A stretch of 64,000 nucleotides of DNA from Macrostomum lignano (GCA_002269645.1 NIVC01000087.1:558001-622000), one strand, 5' to 3'; numbered from the stretch's first letter, positions 50,729 through 63,779 are shown. The notes: a model not told the origin generated them from the sequence alone. Program-made: numbers and translations.

Positions 50729-51037
50729 TCACCAGGCCTGCGACTGGAACGGATGGCCGGCTTTCTTGTCCAGCCGCTGGCGCTGCCGCTGCTCCCCGAT
50801 TTCATCCAGTGCGGCCATGAGGGCGCCGATTTTGGCGACATCGTCGGCTTCGTACGTCTCGCCGGCGGCCGGGGCAGCCGGGGCGGCTTCGGCAGCGTTG
50901 GCGGCGGCGCCGGTGCGGAGCGGCTGACCCAGGCTGGCGCGGGGCGTCAGGCAGAGGAGGCCCAGCAGCAGCAGCAGCAGCAGAGCAGCAGACTGGCGGC
51001 AGCAGCTGAGAGCCTGGCGAGGACTGGCGCGCGTCAT
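50729..51037 (-). CDS. Putative secreted neuropeptide prohormone, 102 aa, single coding exon
   Basis: ATG at 51037 in a GCCATG context. Hydrophobic signal peptide [21 protein letters not shown], an Ala-rich then acidic spacer, the basic stretch RQRQRLDKK and a terminal peptide AGHPFQSQAW*. GC-rich exon-like composition. Two AATAAA on the minus strand about 130-140 nt past the stop (50586-50599). Confidence 0.7.
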   Translation of the reverse strand: MTRASPRQALSCCRQSAALLLLLLLGLLCLTPRASLGQPLRTGAAANAAEAAPAAPAAGETYEADDVAKIGALMAALDEIGEQRQRQRLDKKAGHPFQSQAW

Positions 51038-52164
51038 GGCTGGCTGCGGGGTTTCAGCGGGGCCGGTCGGCCCAGCGGATTTTGGTATCAAATACTTTTT
51101 GGTACTTATAAAGTCTTATTGTATTTGGTACCGGAGATTTGCTCCCCAAGGCTCAAGCGACTTTTTGAGTTAGAAGATACAGCAGGTTCAGCCGATGAGG
51201 GTTGAAGGGTTCAGAGGCTCAGTGTGCTCATGGCTTGGAGTTACGAGCAATTCTAACCCAGAACCGGGGCCTGTCAGATGCAGAGTATAACAAATTTTGG
51301 AATATCCCCGCATCGTTGCGAGACGCCGGCTCTTAATAACTCAAATCTGTCAGATGCACAGCCAATTCAAATAGATCTTGCACCTTCTGCATGAGAATTT
51401 CTTGTTGTGGCGAACTGCTCCCCCCAAGGCCCTGAAGGGGAGAGAATCAGGATGGGGAGGCCAGCAGACGGACACATGGATCCACAGCAAACACATACAC
51501 GCACACACACACGCACACACAACTTCGCAATCTACCGCAAGCAGCACCTGTTGGAATTGGGATATCTGGGATATGACACCAGAAACGTGACCCGGCTGAT
51601 AGACTGACTGGCACAAAATTTAATTTACGTGTCTGTCCCGAATCTCTGAGCCTGAGCAAACTCCGGATGTTTTAGAGCACGAGAGTAGAATGATAAGAAA
51701 GCGCGACCTTGATCTTAGCAGCCCTGTCAGCTCAATCTATCGACATGAAAAAATGTTTTACCTGTGGTTTTAAAACTACAGCGACAGCTGTAGTTAACCA
51801 AGACTTAACCAAGACTCTAAAAGCTAGTAGACTAAGTAGGCTAATACGCGCCTAATCGATGCCTGCTTACATTTCCGCAACTGATGGCGCTCATTCTCTT
51901 TGGAAAAATTAACTTTCATCGCTTATACGCGCTGTTTGCATGTCGCTTTTAAATTGAGTTTCAGATGATTCCCATATGTCTAAGTTTGTCTCAGCCGCTT
52001 CTCGGCTTGGGCGAGATACGGAACTGGGGGGGGGGCGCTTTAGAGAGCTGATTGGGATCCGAGTCGTCTGCTTAGACACGGAGAACACATGAACTTTTGT
52101 CTGCATTGTAGACAGTTTATTCGAATTCTGATGGCTTGTTTGTTTGATGTGTCTGTACCGTCTT

Positions 52165-53855
52165 TACATGTGTCTTTACATGTGTCTCTACATGTGTCTC
52201 TGCATGTGTCTCTGGATGTGTCTCTACATGTGACTATCCATGTGTCTCTGTATGTGTCTCTGCATGTGTCTCTACATGTGTCTCTGCATGTGTCTCTACA
52301 TGTGTCTCTGCATGTGTCTCTACATGTGTCTCTGCATGTGTCTCTACATGTGTCTCTGCATGTGTCTCTACATGTGTCTCTGCATGTGTCTCTACATGTG
52401 TCTCTGCATGTGTCTCTGCATGTGTCTCTACATGTGTCTCTACATGTGTCTCTACATGTGTCTCTGCATGTGTCTCTGCATGTGTCTCTACATGTGTCTC
52501 TACATGTGTCTCTACATGTGTCTCTGCATGTGTCTCTGGATGTGTCTCTACATGTGACTATCCATGTGTCTCTGTATGTGTCTCTGCATGTGTCTCTACA
52601 TGTGTCTCTACATGTGTCTCTGCATGTGTCTCTGGATGTGTCTCTACATGTGACTATCCATGTGTCTCTGTATGTGTCTCTGCATGTGTCTCTGGATGTG
52701 TCTCTACATGTGACTATCCATGTGTCTCTGTATGTGTCTCTGCATGTGTCTCTACATGTGTCTCTACATGTGTCTCTGCATGTGTCTCTACATGTGTCTC
52801 TACATGTGTCTCTACATGTGTCTCTGCATGTGTCTCTGCATGTGTCTCTACATGTGTCTCTGCATGTGTCTCTACATGTGTCTCTGCATGTGTCTCTGGA
52901 TGTGTCTCTACATGTGACTATCCATGTGTCTCTGTATGTGTCTCTGCATGTGTCTCTACATGTGTCTCTACATGTGTCTCTGCATGTGTCTCTGCATGTG
53001 TCTCTACATGTGTCTCTACATGTGTCTCTACATGTGTCTCTGCATGTGTCTCTACATGTGACTATCCATGTGTCTCTGTATGTGTCTCTGCATGTGTCTC
53101 TACATGTGTCTCTACATGTGTCTCTGCATGTGTCTCTGCATGTGTCTCTACATGTGTCTCTGCATGTGTCTCTACATGTGTCTCTGCATGTGTCTCTACA
53201 TGTGTCTCTGCATGTGTCTCTGCATGTGTCTCTACATGTGTCTCTACATGTGTCTCTACATGTGTCTCTGCATGTGTCTCTGCATGTGTCTCTACATGTG
53301 TCTCTACATGTGTCTCTACATGTGTCTCTGCATGTGTCTCTGGATGTGTCTCTACATGTGACTATCCATGTGTCTCTGTATGTGTCTCTGCATGTGTCTC
53401 TACATGTGTCTCTGCATGTGTCTCTACATGTGTCTCTGCATGTGTCTCTACATGTGTCTCTGCATGTGTCTCTGCATGTGTCTCTACATGTGTCTCTACA
53501 TGTGTCTCTACATGTGTCTCTGCATGTGTCTCTGCATGTGTCTCTACATGTGTCTCTACATGTGTCTCTACATGTGTCTCTGCATGTGTCTCTGGATGTG
53601 TCTCTACATGTGACTATCCATGTGTCTCTGTATGTGTCTCTGCATGTGTCTCTACATGTGTCTCTACATGTGTCTCTGCATGTGTCTCTGCATGTGTCTC
53701 TACATGTGTCTCTACATTTGTCTCTACATGTGTCTCTGTATGTGTCTCTGCATGTGTCTCTCCATGTGTCTTTACATGTCTCTCTATATACGTCTCTACA
53801 AGTATGTCTCTGATGTGTCTCATGTGTCTCTGCATGTGTCTCTACATGTGTCTCT
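52165..53855. repeat. About 1.7-kb 12-bp minisatellite with a recurring variant cassette
   Basis: Unit CATGTGTCTCT(A/G); the variant CATGTGACTATC occurs about 8 times. Explains the HVSL / MCLY ORFs. Confidence 0.96.
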
Positions 53856-54654
53856 CCGTGTACCGTAGTCTCTCTCGTAGTTACCGTGAAATCTTTCCGA
53901 TTGTCTTTTCGTTCAAGTATTAATATGTTTCTTTTGCGTCTCTAATGAGGCTCTTCTCCATGTGTATTTTTACGTGTGTTCCCTGTGTCAAACGTAACAT
54001 ATCACACGTATAGCGATCCACTCTCTAAGTCGAAATTTTACCATTTCAAATCGAATACGAGGCTCAGTTAAGAGCGAGTTTTTGTGTGTCAGCAATTCCT
54101 TCAGTCACTCGCCTCTCCCCTTTGTTCCGAGCAGCTATCTAGATATCAATGCTTTGCGTCTCAGCCCACTAAGCAAAGCAAGCCTTGTCTACACTTTTTA
54201 GAAGCAGTTTTAACAGCAGTCGTCCAAAACCCATTCATTCAGGTGCTCTGGCTGATTGCAGATGCCAACTGGAATTCTGAAAATGCCAGTGCCAACAACA
54301 GAACCGGGACGGAATCTGGATTTTGGTCTTCTGCAGGTTGTAAAAAGCTTAGAGGCAACTTTTTTTAACTGGGTGAGCATTTTTACTCAGTAGCTAGGAA
54401 TCATCGAGTTCAGTTATTCCAAAATAGTTTTTTGGTTGTCAAGCCGTTGTCAAGCTCCGATGCAAGAGAGGATTGTTAGAAAACTGGTATAAAGTATTGA
54501 CAACGATTGGAGCACAGGCTATTTCCTAAATGAAATATTGGAATTTCAATAGCAATATTTTTAGATAGGCATCGACAAGAGCCTTTCTGGTATTTTTATG
54601 CCTGCTTTCAAGCTCTGATATGCCAACATCACCCGCTTTCATGCAGGCCCACCC

Positions 54655-54955
54655 GCTTTCATGCAGCCCCACCCAATTTAAGGCAGCCCCACCCAATTTA
54701 AGGCAGCCCCACCCGATTTCATGCAACCCCTACCCGATTTCATGCAACCCCCACCCGATTTCATGCAACCCCCACCCGATTTCATGCAACCCTCACCCGA
54801 TTTCATGCAACCCCCACCCGATTTCATGCAACCCCCACCCGATTTCATGCAACCCTCACCCGATTTCATGCAACCCCCACCCGATTTCATGCAACCCCCA
54901 CCCGATTTCATGCAACCCCCACCCGATTTCATGCAACCCCCACCCGATTTTATGC
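54655..54955. repeat. 21-bp minisatellite
   Basis: Unit CCCACCCGATTTCATGCAACC. Confidence 0.92.
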
Positions 54956-55539
54956 ACTACTCACTCTAGTGGAATTTCTCTCACCGAAAGACAATACAGA
55001 GAGATAAACAAGTTAAGCAACTATCTTACCTTTGAGTTTCCTTGCTCGAGTTTGCGCTTCAATAAAGCAAAAACTGACTTTAGGTCGACTGGGTTTGGTA
55101 GCAGCCTCTCTAATCCTCCCAGTCCGGTGTCGATTTTGAAGGCTGGGAAGCACTGGCCGAAGGGGAGGTGGGTTGGAAACCAGGCAGCGAGCCAACCAGA
55201 TTTGCACTGTTGTCAGCCGGAGTCCACAGATGAGGACTCGGCACTGCCTGAGCTCGCTGATTGGGTGCCCAAAGCAGCTTCAAAACCAATTCCGTCAATC
55301 GGTGGCCACACGCGAAGGCAAATTGTTTCCGAAATTGGCCGCGCCGCCGTGAAGACAAACACAATCAGGACGCGACAGCCGCAGGCGGCAATTGGGTTCA
55401 GCTAGTTTGCCGCTCGAGTTGCAAAGGAAAAGTCCAGTTAGCGATTGACAGATATGAAATAAGGACGCCGTGCGTGGTAAGCTGACTCGGTCCTGCTCTT
55501 CCCAGTTACTTTCACGAGCTCAAAATTTCAAACTGGAAC

Positions 55540-56432
55540 CTTCACAAGCACGAGACTTCACATACACAAGACTTCACAAGCACGAGACTTCACAAGCACG
55601 AGACTTCACAAGCACGAGACTTCACAAGCACGAGACTTCACAAGCACGAGACTTCACAAGCACGAGACTTCACAAGCACGAGACTTCACAAGCACGAGAC
55701 TTCACAAGCACGAGACTTCACAAGCACGAGACTTCACAAGCACGAGACTTCACAAGCACGAGACTTCACAAGCACGAGACTTCACAAGCACGAGACTTCA
55801 CAAGCACGAGACTTCACAAGCACGAGACTTCACAAGCACGAGACTTCACAAGCACGAGACTTCACAAGCACGAGACTTCACAAGCACGAGACTTCACAAG
55901 CACGAGACTTCACAAGCACGAGACTTCAAAAGTTCAAAAGCGTAAATTTCCACAAGCTCAAAACTTCACCAGCTCTAAGCTTCACCAGCTCAAAACTTCA
56001 CCAGCTCTAAGCTTCACCAGCTCAAAGCTTCACCAGCTCTAAGCTTCACCAGCTCAAAGCTTCACCAGCTCTAAGCTTCACCAGCTCAAAACTTCACCAG
56101 CTCAAAGCTTCACCAGCTCAAAACTTCACCAGCTCAAAGCTTCTCCAGCTCTAAGCTTCACCAGCTCAAAACTTCACCAGCTCAAAGCTTCACCAGCTCT
56201 AAGCTTCACCAGCTCAAAACTTCACAAGCTCAAAACTTCACAAGCTCAAAGCTTCACCAGCTCAAAGCTTCACCAGCTCTAAGCTTCACCAGCTCTAAGC
56301 TTCACCAGCTCTAAGCTTCACCAGCTCAAAGCTTCACCAGCTCAAAGCTTCACCAGCTCTAAGCTTCACCAGCTCTAAGCTTCACCAGCTCTAAGCTTCA
56401 CCAGCTCTAAGCTTCACCAGCTCAAAGCTTCA
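55540..56432. repeat. Two adjacent related 16-bp minisatellites
   Basis: CTTCACAAGCACGAGA (about 55540-55925), then CTTCACCAGCTC(TAAG/AAAG) (about 55960-56432). Confidence 0.93.
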
Positions 56433-57056
56433 CGCCCATGAGGAACAGCTACCAAGGCAACAGAGACTGCACCTACACAAAGGGCATAGCTTCTTGCCTC
56501 CCTGATAGCTGCAGGTTGACTCCATGAAGGCTTATGCCTGAAGCACATTCAATAGCAATACGTGAATTCTACTCCATACGAAATGCACAATTAGCCGCAT
56601 ATTGAGACCGATCGTGACCCCAGCAGAAAGCTGAATTCATATTTAGGCTCTTCATATAGACGTGAGGTAGGCACCTGCTGTTCCTTTATTCTCTTGGTTA
56701 TTCGCTTTCGAGTTTTGTTGCTTCATGTCGGCATGCAAATTTTCTTAATTAAACTGACCCGCTGCAGTATTGGGAATAGAAAATGCTCAGAACCGGGGAA
56801 ATACATCCAGATCAGAGCTACCAAATCTGGTCACATTGTGGCACATTCATCCTAATCCTATGGGTTTTTTGGATGCAAACCAATACAAAATTTGGAATTC
56901 GGATTTTTTCTTGTCGTCTGGAATGTTAAGTAATATTCACCTAACTACTTCAAGTAGGAACAAAAACATTTGCTTATATGATTACAATTATACGCCAAAA
57001 ACGCTTTTTTAGATTTCATGAGATAAAACTCGATAGAGACAATTTCTAAACGAATA

Positions 57057-57380
<324 letters not shown>

Positions 57381-58287
57381 GCCTAGCAATTAAACTCCCC
57401 CATAAGCCAGTACAGCGCCGTACTGCAGCTGAGCTTCAGGCAGAAGCGCTCTAAGCATGCCGGGCCGGCTGTCATTAAAGATGGAGACAGGCGCAGTCGC
57501 CTACGGTCGGCCCAATCCCGCGGAGTCCAACAATAGAGAAGGCAGCTGAGCCCCCGCGCACACGCCTAGCTATGCAGATTGCGGGCCCATTGTCAGGATA
57601 TGGGGGAGCCGGTCTCGTTCCGCTGTCCTTAGCTGAACTCATTTGGTCCTTAAGGCAATAATGTCGCATATATTTTTAGTGCTTCCAATAAAATCACAAA
57701 TTACGGCATTCCAAAACCTTTTTTTGACAATTCTAAACTTAGATTGGCGCTTAGATACCCAGTTTGGCGCCTGAACATCAATTTAAGAGCCTTAATACTC
57801 ACGTAGGTGCTTATTTTCGCACTTTAATAAAAAGAATAACAAACAAATTTACAACATCAAGCTTTAAAATTACCAGTTGAAGGGTAAACTTTACCTTAGT
57901 ATCTAATAAACCTAATTATTTTTGACGCATACTACTAAGGCAAAAATAGTACTCGTATATTAGAAATTTAAAACTTCGAATTGCATGAACTTCTTTCTAA
58001 TGAAATCAAACAATTATTTTTTACTTTTGGCGCCCATTTGAATTTGACAGTGGAATAAAAACAGTAACTACTGTGAACCGTATTGGTGAAAAAATTACGA
58101 GTACACAACTTGATGCCTGAATACAGATTACGTCATACTTTGTATAACTAAGCTTTAGCTGTCAGAGCGCAGTTTCTACGAGCTAGGAAACAAATTCTAA
58201 AATATGAGATTTAAAGTTTGCCTGATTTATTGTATAGCATTTCAAAGTTTTCCGGCGCCATCTGGAGCCTCATAAGTGAGCCACAAT

Positions 58288-59439
58288 CTACTTCTTGGCT
58301 TCGTCGTACGTGTCGGCGTTCTTGTAGCCGCTGACGTAGCCTTCGTTCTTGGCCACGTCCTCGCGACCCTCCTTGCCCTTGCCTTTGCCCGAGTCGGCGT
58401 CAAATCGCTCCTTGTGAGCGCCCGTGTAGCCTTTGACATCCGTCAGGCGCTTTGTGGCGCCGTCCTTTGAGGCGGCCTGCCATAGCAAATTTCAATTAGT
58501 AATATGTTTTGCTGCGAACGGATTTACCAAAGACTGTTTTATACGTGTTTAGTACAAGGACCACTAGCTGTATAGGCTATGGAGATGGGTGGGTGCAGTG
58601 CCATGGCCATAGACTATTTAGATGCGCGGGTGCAGTGGCCGTAAACTATTTAGATGGGCGGGTACAGTGGCCATAGACTATTTAGATGGGCGGGTGCAGT
58701 GGCCATAGACTATTGAGATGGGCGGGTGCAGTGGCCATAGACTATTTAGATAGGCGGGTATAGTGGACATGAGTGGGTGCAGTGACTATTATATATTATA
58801 TATGCATGAGTGACTATTAAGATGAGTGGGTGCAGTCGTGCAGTGGCCATAGACTATTTAGATGGGCGGGTGCAGTGCCGTGGCCATAGACTATTTAGAT
58901 GGGCGGGTCCAGTGGCCATAGACGATTTAGATGAGCGGGTGCAGTGCAGTGGCCATAGACTATTTAGGTAAGCGGGTTCAGTGGCCATAGATTATTTAGA
59001 TGGGCGGATGCCAAGGGAATCCCTTACCGTGGCACCGTGAGCGGTCGGCTTTTTCTCTGAAATCAACTTCTTGACTTCCTCCTCGGCCTTGTCGGCACTT
59101 TCCACTTTCTTCTTTGTAGCCGCTTCGGCGCAGAAGTGCTTCAGAAAGTTGCAGAACTGGTTATAGTCCAGGTCTCTGCATTGGTAGAACATTTTATTCA
59201 GACTCAATTATTCTGAATTCTAAGGAATTCATAGTGTCAATTATTTCCCATTACCCTTTGATCTTCTCCTTGCCCTTAAATGAGGACACCGAGATGTCCA
59301 TGTCATTCGAAGTCAACTTGAGCGCTTTGAAAACGCCGCAATCCGTGAAAATCTTCTTAATAGTTTTGTCGCTAGCCTTGTCCGAACCTTTCTTTGTGGC
59401 GTCGCAGAAAGCGACAAAGCTCGACTTTAGATCGGCCAT
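58288..59439 (-). CDS. TPPP: Tubulin polymerization-promoting protein (TPPP/p25-alpha family), 173 aa
   Basis: Exons (minus) 59439-59255, 59175-59028, 58476-58288; GT-AG; 522 nt in frame. Motifs: [35 protein letters not shown], Rossmann-like [23 protein letters not shown]. Confidence 0.93.
58585..59010. repeat. ~32-bp minisatellite in TPPP intron 2
   Basis: Unit ATGGGCGGGTGCAGTGGCCATAGACTATTTAG. Confidence 0.88.
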
Positions 59440-59954
59440 GATTTTTCTTCTTAGAAAGTTTGAAAATATTCGCCTACGAGCGGAGCGGATCAGAGAGATT
59501 AGGCTCAGTTCTGTCTGGCTTTTCAAGGAATATTGTGTACCCGCGCATGAGCTCGCGAGAGTACACTTGGGCCATGAACTTCTCCCACTCCCCTGTCTGT
59601 CCCCCCACCCTCTATCCAGCTCTGTTTGCGTTGCTAGGGGAAGGGGACCAAATCCTACCCCCTAGCTTATAATTTCCTCCGCGGGAAGAGATTTTAAGCG
59701 CATCTAGCGGAGCCCAGTTGTTGCCGGGAACACTGAGCGTGGTTGGGTGGTGGGCTAAGTTCCCATATAGCGTCAAGCTCAGCTCCTGTTATTTTATTCG
59801 TTAAAATTTCATTGCAAATGAGCGCACGAACTACTGCGAGTAGTTAAGCAGTTTATAATTTGTTTCAGTTCTTCAGTTCAATTCAGTTCTTCAGAGTGAC
59901 AATCTTAACATCCCTCTGGAGAGCACCAAATGAAGAAATATTTTATTACCTAAC

Positions 59955-60230
59955 CTCTCCTGACCCCCCTGATGCTTGGCGTCTAGCCTCCCCTGACCCC
60001 CTGATGCTTGGCGTCTAGCCTCCCCTGACCCCCTGATGCTTGGTATCTCAGCCTCCCCTGACCTCCCTGATGCTTGGTATCTCAGCCTCCCCTGACCCCC
60101 CTGATGCTTGGTATCTCAGCCTCCCCTGACCCCCCTGATGCTTGGCGTCTCAGCCTCCCCTGACCCCCTGATGCTTGGCGTCTCAGCCTCCCCTGATCGG
60201 TCTGATGCTCGGCATTTCAACCTCACCTGA
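59955..60230. repeat. 32-34-bp C-rich minisatellite
   Basis: Unit CCTCCCCTGACCCCCTGATGCTTGG(CG/TA)TCT(C)AG. Confidence 0.88.
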
Positions 60231-61651
60231 CCACAGATCGATCTACTCTCAACCAGATGAGATTGATCTACTCTCAACTAAGATGAGATTGATCTACTCC
60301 CAACTAGATTAGATTAATCCACTCTATAAGATTAACCCACATTGAAGGGAAGCACAAAAATTGCCCACCGAGATTTGCCCGCAGTGTTTAGTAAGTCTTA
60401 TAATGAGCATCTGTAACCGTAATCGGATTCCAAAAAGGCCAGAGCAGCAGACTGAGAGGGGGTAACGCTACACTGATTAAAGAGAATTATCGATATTTTT
60501 CTGCCACAACGCAAACCTAATTACTGAAATGGAGTCAAATTACCTCGCATTTTAATTTAACTGCCCAACAGAGGATTTGAGACACAGAATACGAGGGCGA
60601 GGGTTAAACGGACACAAGATTCGAGCTGAACCAATTAAGCTTAGATTTTCTGAGAATTCAGTTCAAAATGCAGAAAGAAAAGAGAAAAATTGCGACATCT
60701 TTCTGCTGCCGAGAATGCTGCTGGATGAGTGGATTTTTTTATTCGAACTCGTTGCAAATAGTTGAAAAACCCTAATTAGAGCGGGATCAAACTACCTAAG
60801 GATTTGGGGAGGCCCTGGGACTCAAAATACCTAGGGATTTAGGGAGACCCTGGGATTCAAACTACCTGGGGATTGAGGGAGGCCTGGGACTTGAACAATC
60901 TGAATTGCCAATCTTAACATTTAATAGAGATTGAAATTCAGCAAAATTGAAACTATATTATGCAATTTTGAGCTGTTCTAGCTAATATTTAGCGTAGGAA
61001 AAAGATGGCCAAATAGTGAAGCCTAGATCACTGTGGAGCGTACATTATATTTTTTTATAAATTTATGAATCAAATATTAAAATTATAATTAATAGTTCAA
61101 ATATTGGTATTAAAAATTAGGTTTCAGCGTAACGCGCTATGTGCCAAATTGTAAAAAGTGTGAAAAACATAATATATGCATAAATAAACAATAACAATAT
61201 ATATGATCTTTTAATCTCTGCAATCATTACATAATACCGTCAGCTTTATCTAAACAGATGTGACAGGCTAAGAAAAAAATGCCCTGCAAAAAACAAGACA
61301 CGGAACACTTGTATACATTAATAATATAGCAGGTAAAGACGACAGCTGTACTGCTTATGTTTTTAAAACTCTTCAGTTGAGTCGGGTTTGAGAGCTAAAA
61401 AAGTACACTAAAAGTATAATATAGGTCCGAGCAGCTGAGAACGACAGGCAATAAAGTTAATAAATAAACCGAGGAATGCTAGGACCCGCCAGAACAAATA
61501 GGCAATTGAGTCCTGCTGTAGCATTAATCAAGGTATAAAGGTAATTACGATAATTACCTGGTAAATAAAAAAAGCCTGAAGATAAGATACTATAATTTAG
61601 ATAGGAAAAGACTAACTATAAATACTAGTAGATAACAACATAAAACTGGGG

Positions 61652-61726
61652 GGTCCGTCGTGGCAGGAGCGGTATCGCATCGTTCTGTTGTCCGCGAGGA
61701 CCCGGGTTCGAGTCCCGGTGTGGCCA
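61652..61726 (+). mobile_element. tRNA-like sequence (pseudo-tRNA or head of a tRNA-derived SINE)
   Basis: A-box-like TGGCAGGAGCGG and a perfect B-box GGTTCGAGTCC within an intact T-arm CCGGG-TTCGAGT-CCCGG. Acceptor and anticodon stems are only partly paired, and no oligo-T terminator follows. Confidence 0.6.
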
Positions 61727-62384
61727 AATAAATTCGGCTCAAGATTTCGCGTGTCTGGAGAGACCACAGAATCGATGTGAGATGAGATAGAATAGACTGA
61801 GATAAAATAATATGCCAAGATAGTAGAGACAGCTAAGACATAAAATGAGAGATCGCAGATGATTAAAAAACAAGGCATTGAAGGAATATAGCAGAGAGAT
61901 CTGCGCATTCACGCTACAACATATAGCAGTACAGAAATAGTGAATGAGTATATTATATATATAGATAGGGCAATGCAGACTTCAAGTCAGACATGCTTGG
62001 GGACATTGCATGTTGGCAAGCGAACAGCTATACGAAATAAATACTAATATAACATTAATACAATCTACAGGAGAGTTATATCGTTACTTCGCTTATAATA
62101 TATCAGTTCATGCTCAGCAATTACACAAAATATTTAACTGCTCAAAAACAATTGTATAAAACTGAGTAAACAGTGCGTAGAAACCTGGTAAAAAGTTATG
62201 CAGTCGGACTAGAAAAAACCGTTTGCTTTGCATCTTGAAAAACAATATAAACAAAAGGAAAGTCGATTCGTTCAACAATACATTGTTGGTGAGACAATGC
62301 GACTAGAGAGTGAGTCAGAGTAGTACAATGCGAGGCTCGTGTATGCCAATTGTCAAGCAGCTACTGGCTTTTAACATCTGATGG

Positions 62385-63150
62385 GATGGGGCGATTCTTG
62401 ATTGGGATGGGGCGATTCTTGATTGGGATGGGGCGATTCTTGGATGGGATGGGGCGATTCTTGATTGGGATGGGGCGATTCTTGGATGGGATGGGGCGAT
62501 TCTTGATTGGGATGGGGCGATTCTTGATTGGGATGGGGCGATTCTTGGATGGGATGGGGCGATTCTTGATTGGGATGGGGCGATTCTTGATTTGGATGGG
62601 GCGATTCTTGATTGGGATGGGGCGATTCTTGATTTGGATGGGGCGATTCTTGATTGGGATGGGGCAATTCTTGGATGGGATGGGGCGATTCTTGATTGGG
62701 ATGGGGCGATTCTTGGATGGGATGGGCGATTCTTGATTGGGATGGGGCGATTCTTGATTTGGATGGGGCGATTCTTGATTGGGATGGGGCGATTCTTGGA
62801 TGGGATGGGGCGATTCTTGATTGGGATGGGGCGATTCTTGATTTGGATGGGGCGATTCTTGATTGGGATGGGGCAATTCTTGGATGGGATGGGGCGATTC
62901 TTGATTGGGATGGGGCAATTCTTGGATGGGATGGGGCGATTCTTGATTGGGATGGGGCGATTCTTGGATGGGATGGGGCGATTCTTGATTGGGATGGGGC
63001 AATTCTTGGATGGGATGGGGCGATTCTTGGATGGGATGGGGCGATTCTTGATTGGGATGGGGCGATTCTTGATTGGGATGGGGCGATTCTTGATTTGGAT
63101 GGGGCGATTCTTGATTGGGATGGGGCGATTCTTGATAGGGATGGGGCGGT
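62385..63150. repeat. 21-bp G-rich minisatellite
   Basis: Unit ATTCTTGATTGGGATGGGGCG; explains the NRPIPIK / QESPHPN / WDGAILD ORFs. Confidence 0.95.
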
Positions 63151-63304
63151 TCAAGAGGTATGAAGAAGCAATTTTCTGGTAGCGCGAAAGGCAGACTATT
63201 CCAATTTTAAGTATATTCGTCGAATGAATAATAGCGAAGCACACATTTCGCGGCGGAAGAAGACGGGTGAAAGCAGTAGCAACATCCAGCGGGCGGCTAC
63301 GCAT

Positions 63305-63706
63305 TCACAAATCCGTTCTCTCAGGGTGCATGCAGGAGGCGTAGGACGGCGGCAGGGTGGTTGAGACCTCTTCCAGCGGCGGCGTCACCGCATCCCGACC
63401 GTGCGGCGCTCTGCCGCCTGTTTTGCCGCCGCGATGCCGCGAATTTGACGACGGAGCGGCGAAGGCAACGGCGGCGCCGCCGGGATCGCCTGTAGGGTTG
63501 AGCAACTCGTCCGCGGCGCCGTCAAAGTCGTAGACGATGCCGCCGCCGCCGCCGGCGCCGCCGAGGCCGATGCCGGCGTGTCTCGGACTCGGCGCCGGCG
63601 CCTTGCAGCAGCGGCGCATGCAGGCGATTCGTTGCCTGCGAAATACGCTGTCCAAGGCTAGCAGGACCAGTATGATGAGCCCGGCGCCAAGGACCACTAT
63701 GAATAC
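63305..63706 (-). CDS. Last exon of a single-pass membrane protein of unknown family (5' exons lie beyond the window)
   Basis: Acceptor CCCGTCCAG at 63707. The exon encodes TM VFIVVLGAGLIILVLLAL, then RRQRIACMRRCCK, a Gly-rich linker, LPPSY and C-terminal RTDL*. GC-rich exon composition. Confidence 0.65.
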   Translation of the reverse strand, partial: VFIVVLGAGLIILVLLALDSVFRRQRIACMRRCCKAPAPSPRHAGIGLGGAGGGGGIVYDFDGAADELLNPTGDPGGAAVAFAAPSSNSRHRGGKTGGRAPHGRDAVTPPLEEVSTTLPPSYASCMHPERTDL

Positions 63707-63779
63707 CTGGACGGGATGCCATGATAATATGGTATACGGCTCCGGTTCAAGACTTTGTTTTTCGGGTAGAGGCGGTTCT

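Noticed and set aside
52089-53868. 574-aa HVSL-repeat ORF and Cys/Met-rich MCLY ORFs resembling metallothionein or structural proteins
   Set aside because: These are the frames of a 12-bp satellite, with no splice or unique coding context.
61652-61726. Functional tRNA-Asn(GTT) gene
   Set aside because: Acceptor and anticodon stems pair poorly, the loop has 8 nt and there is no Pol III terminator; kept only as a tRNA-derived element.
62315-63304. Overlapping repeat ORFs (NRPIPIK, QESPHPN, WDGAILD)
   Set aside because: Translations of a 21-bp satellite that is open in most frames.
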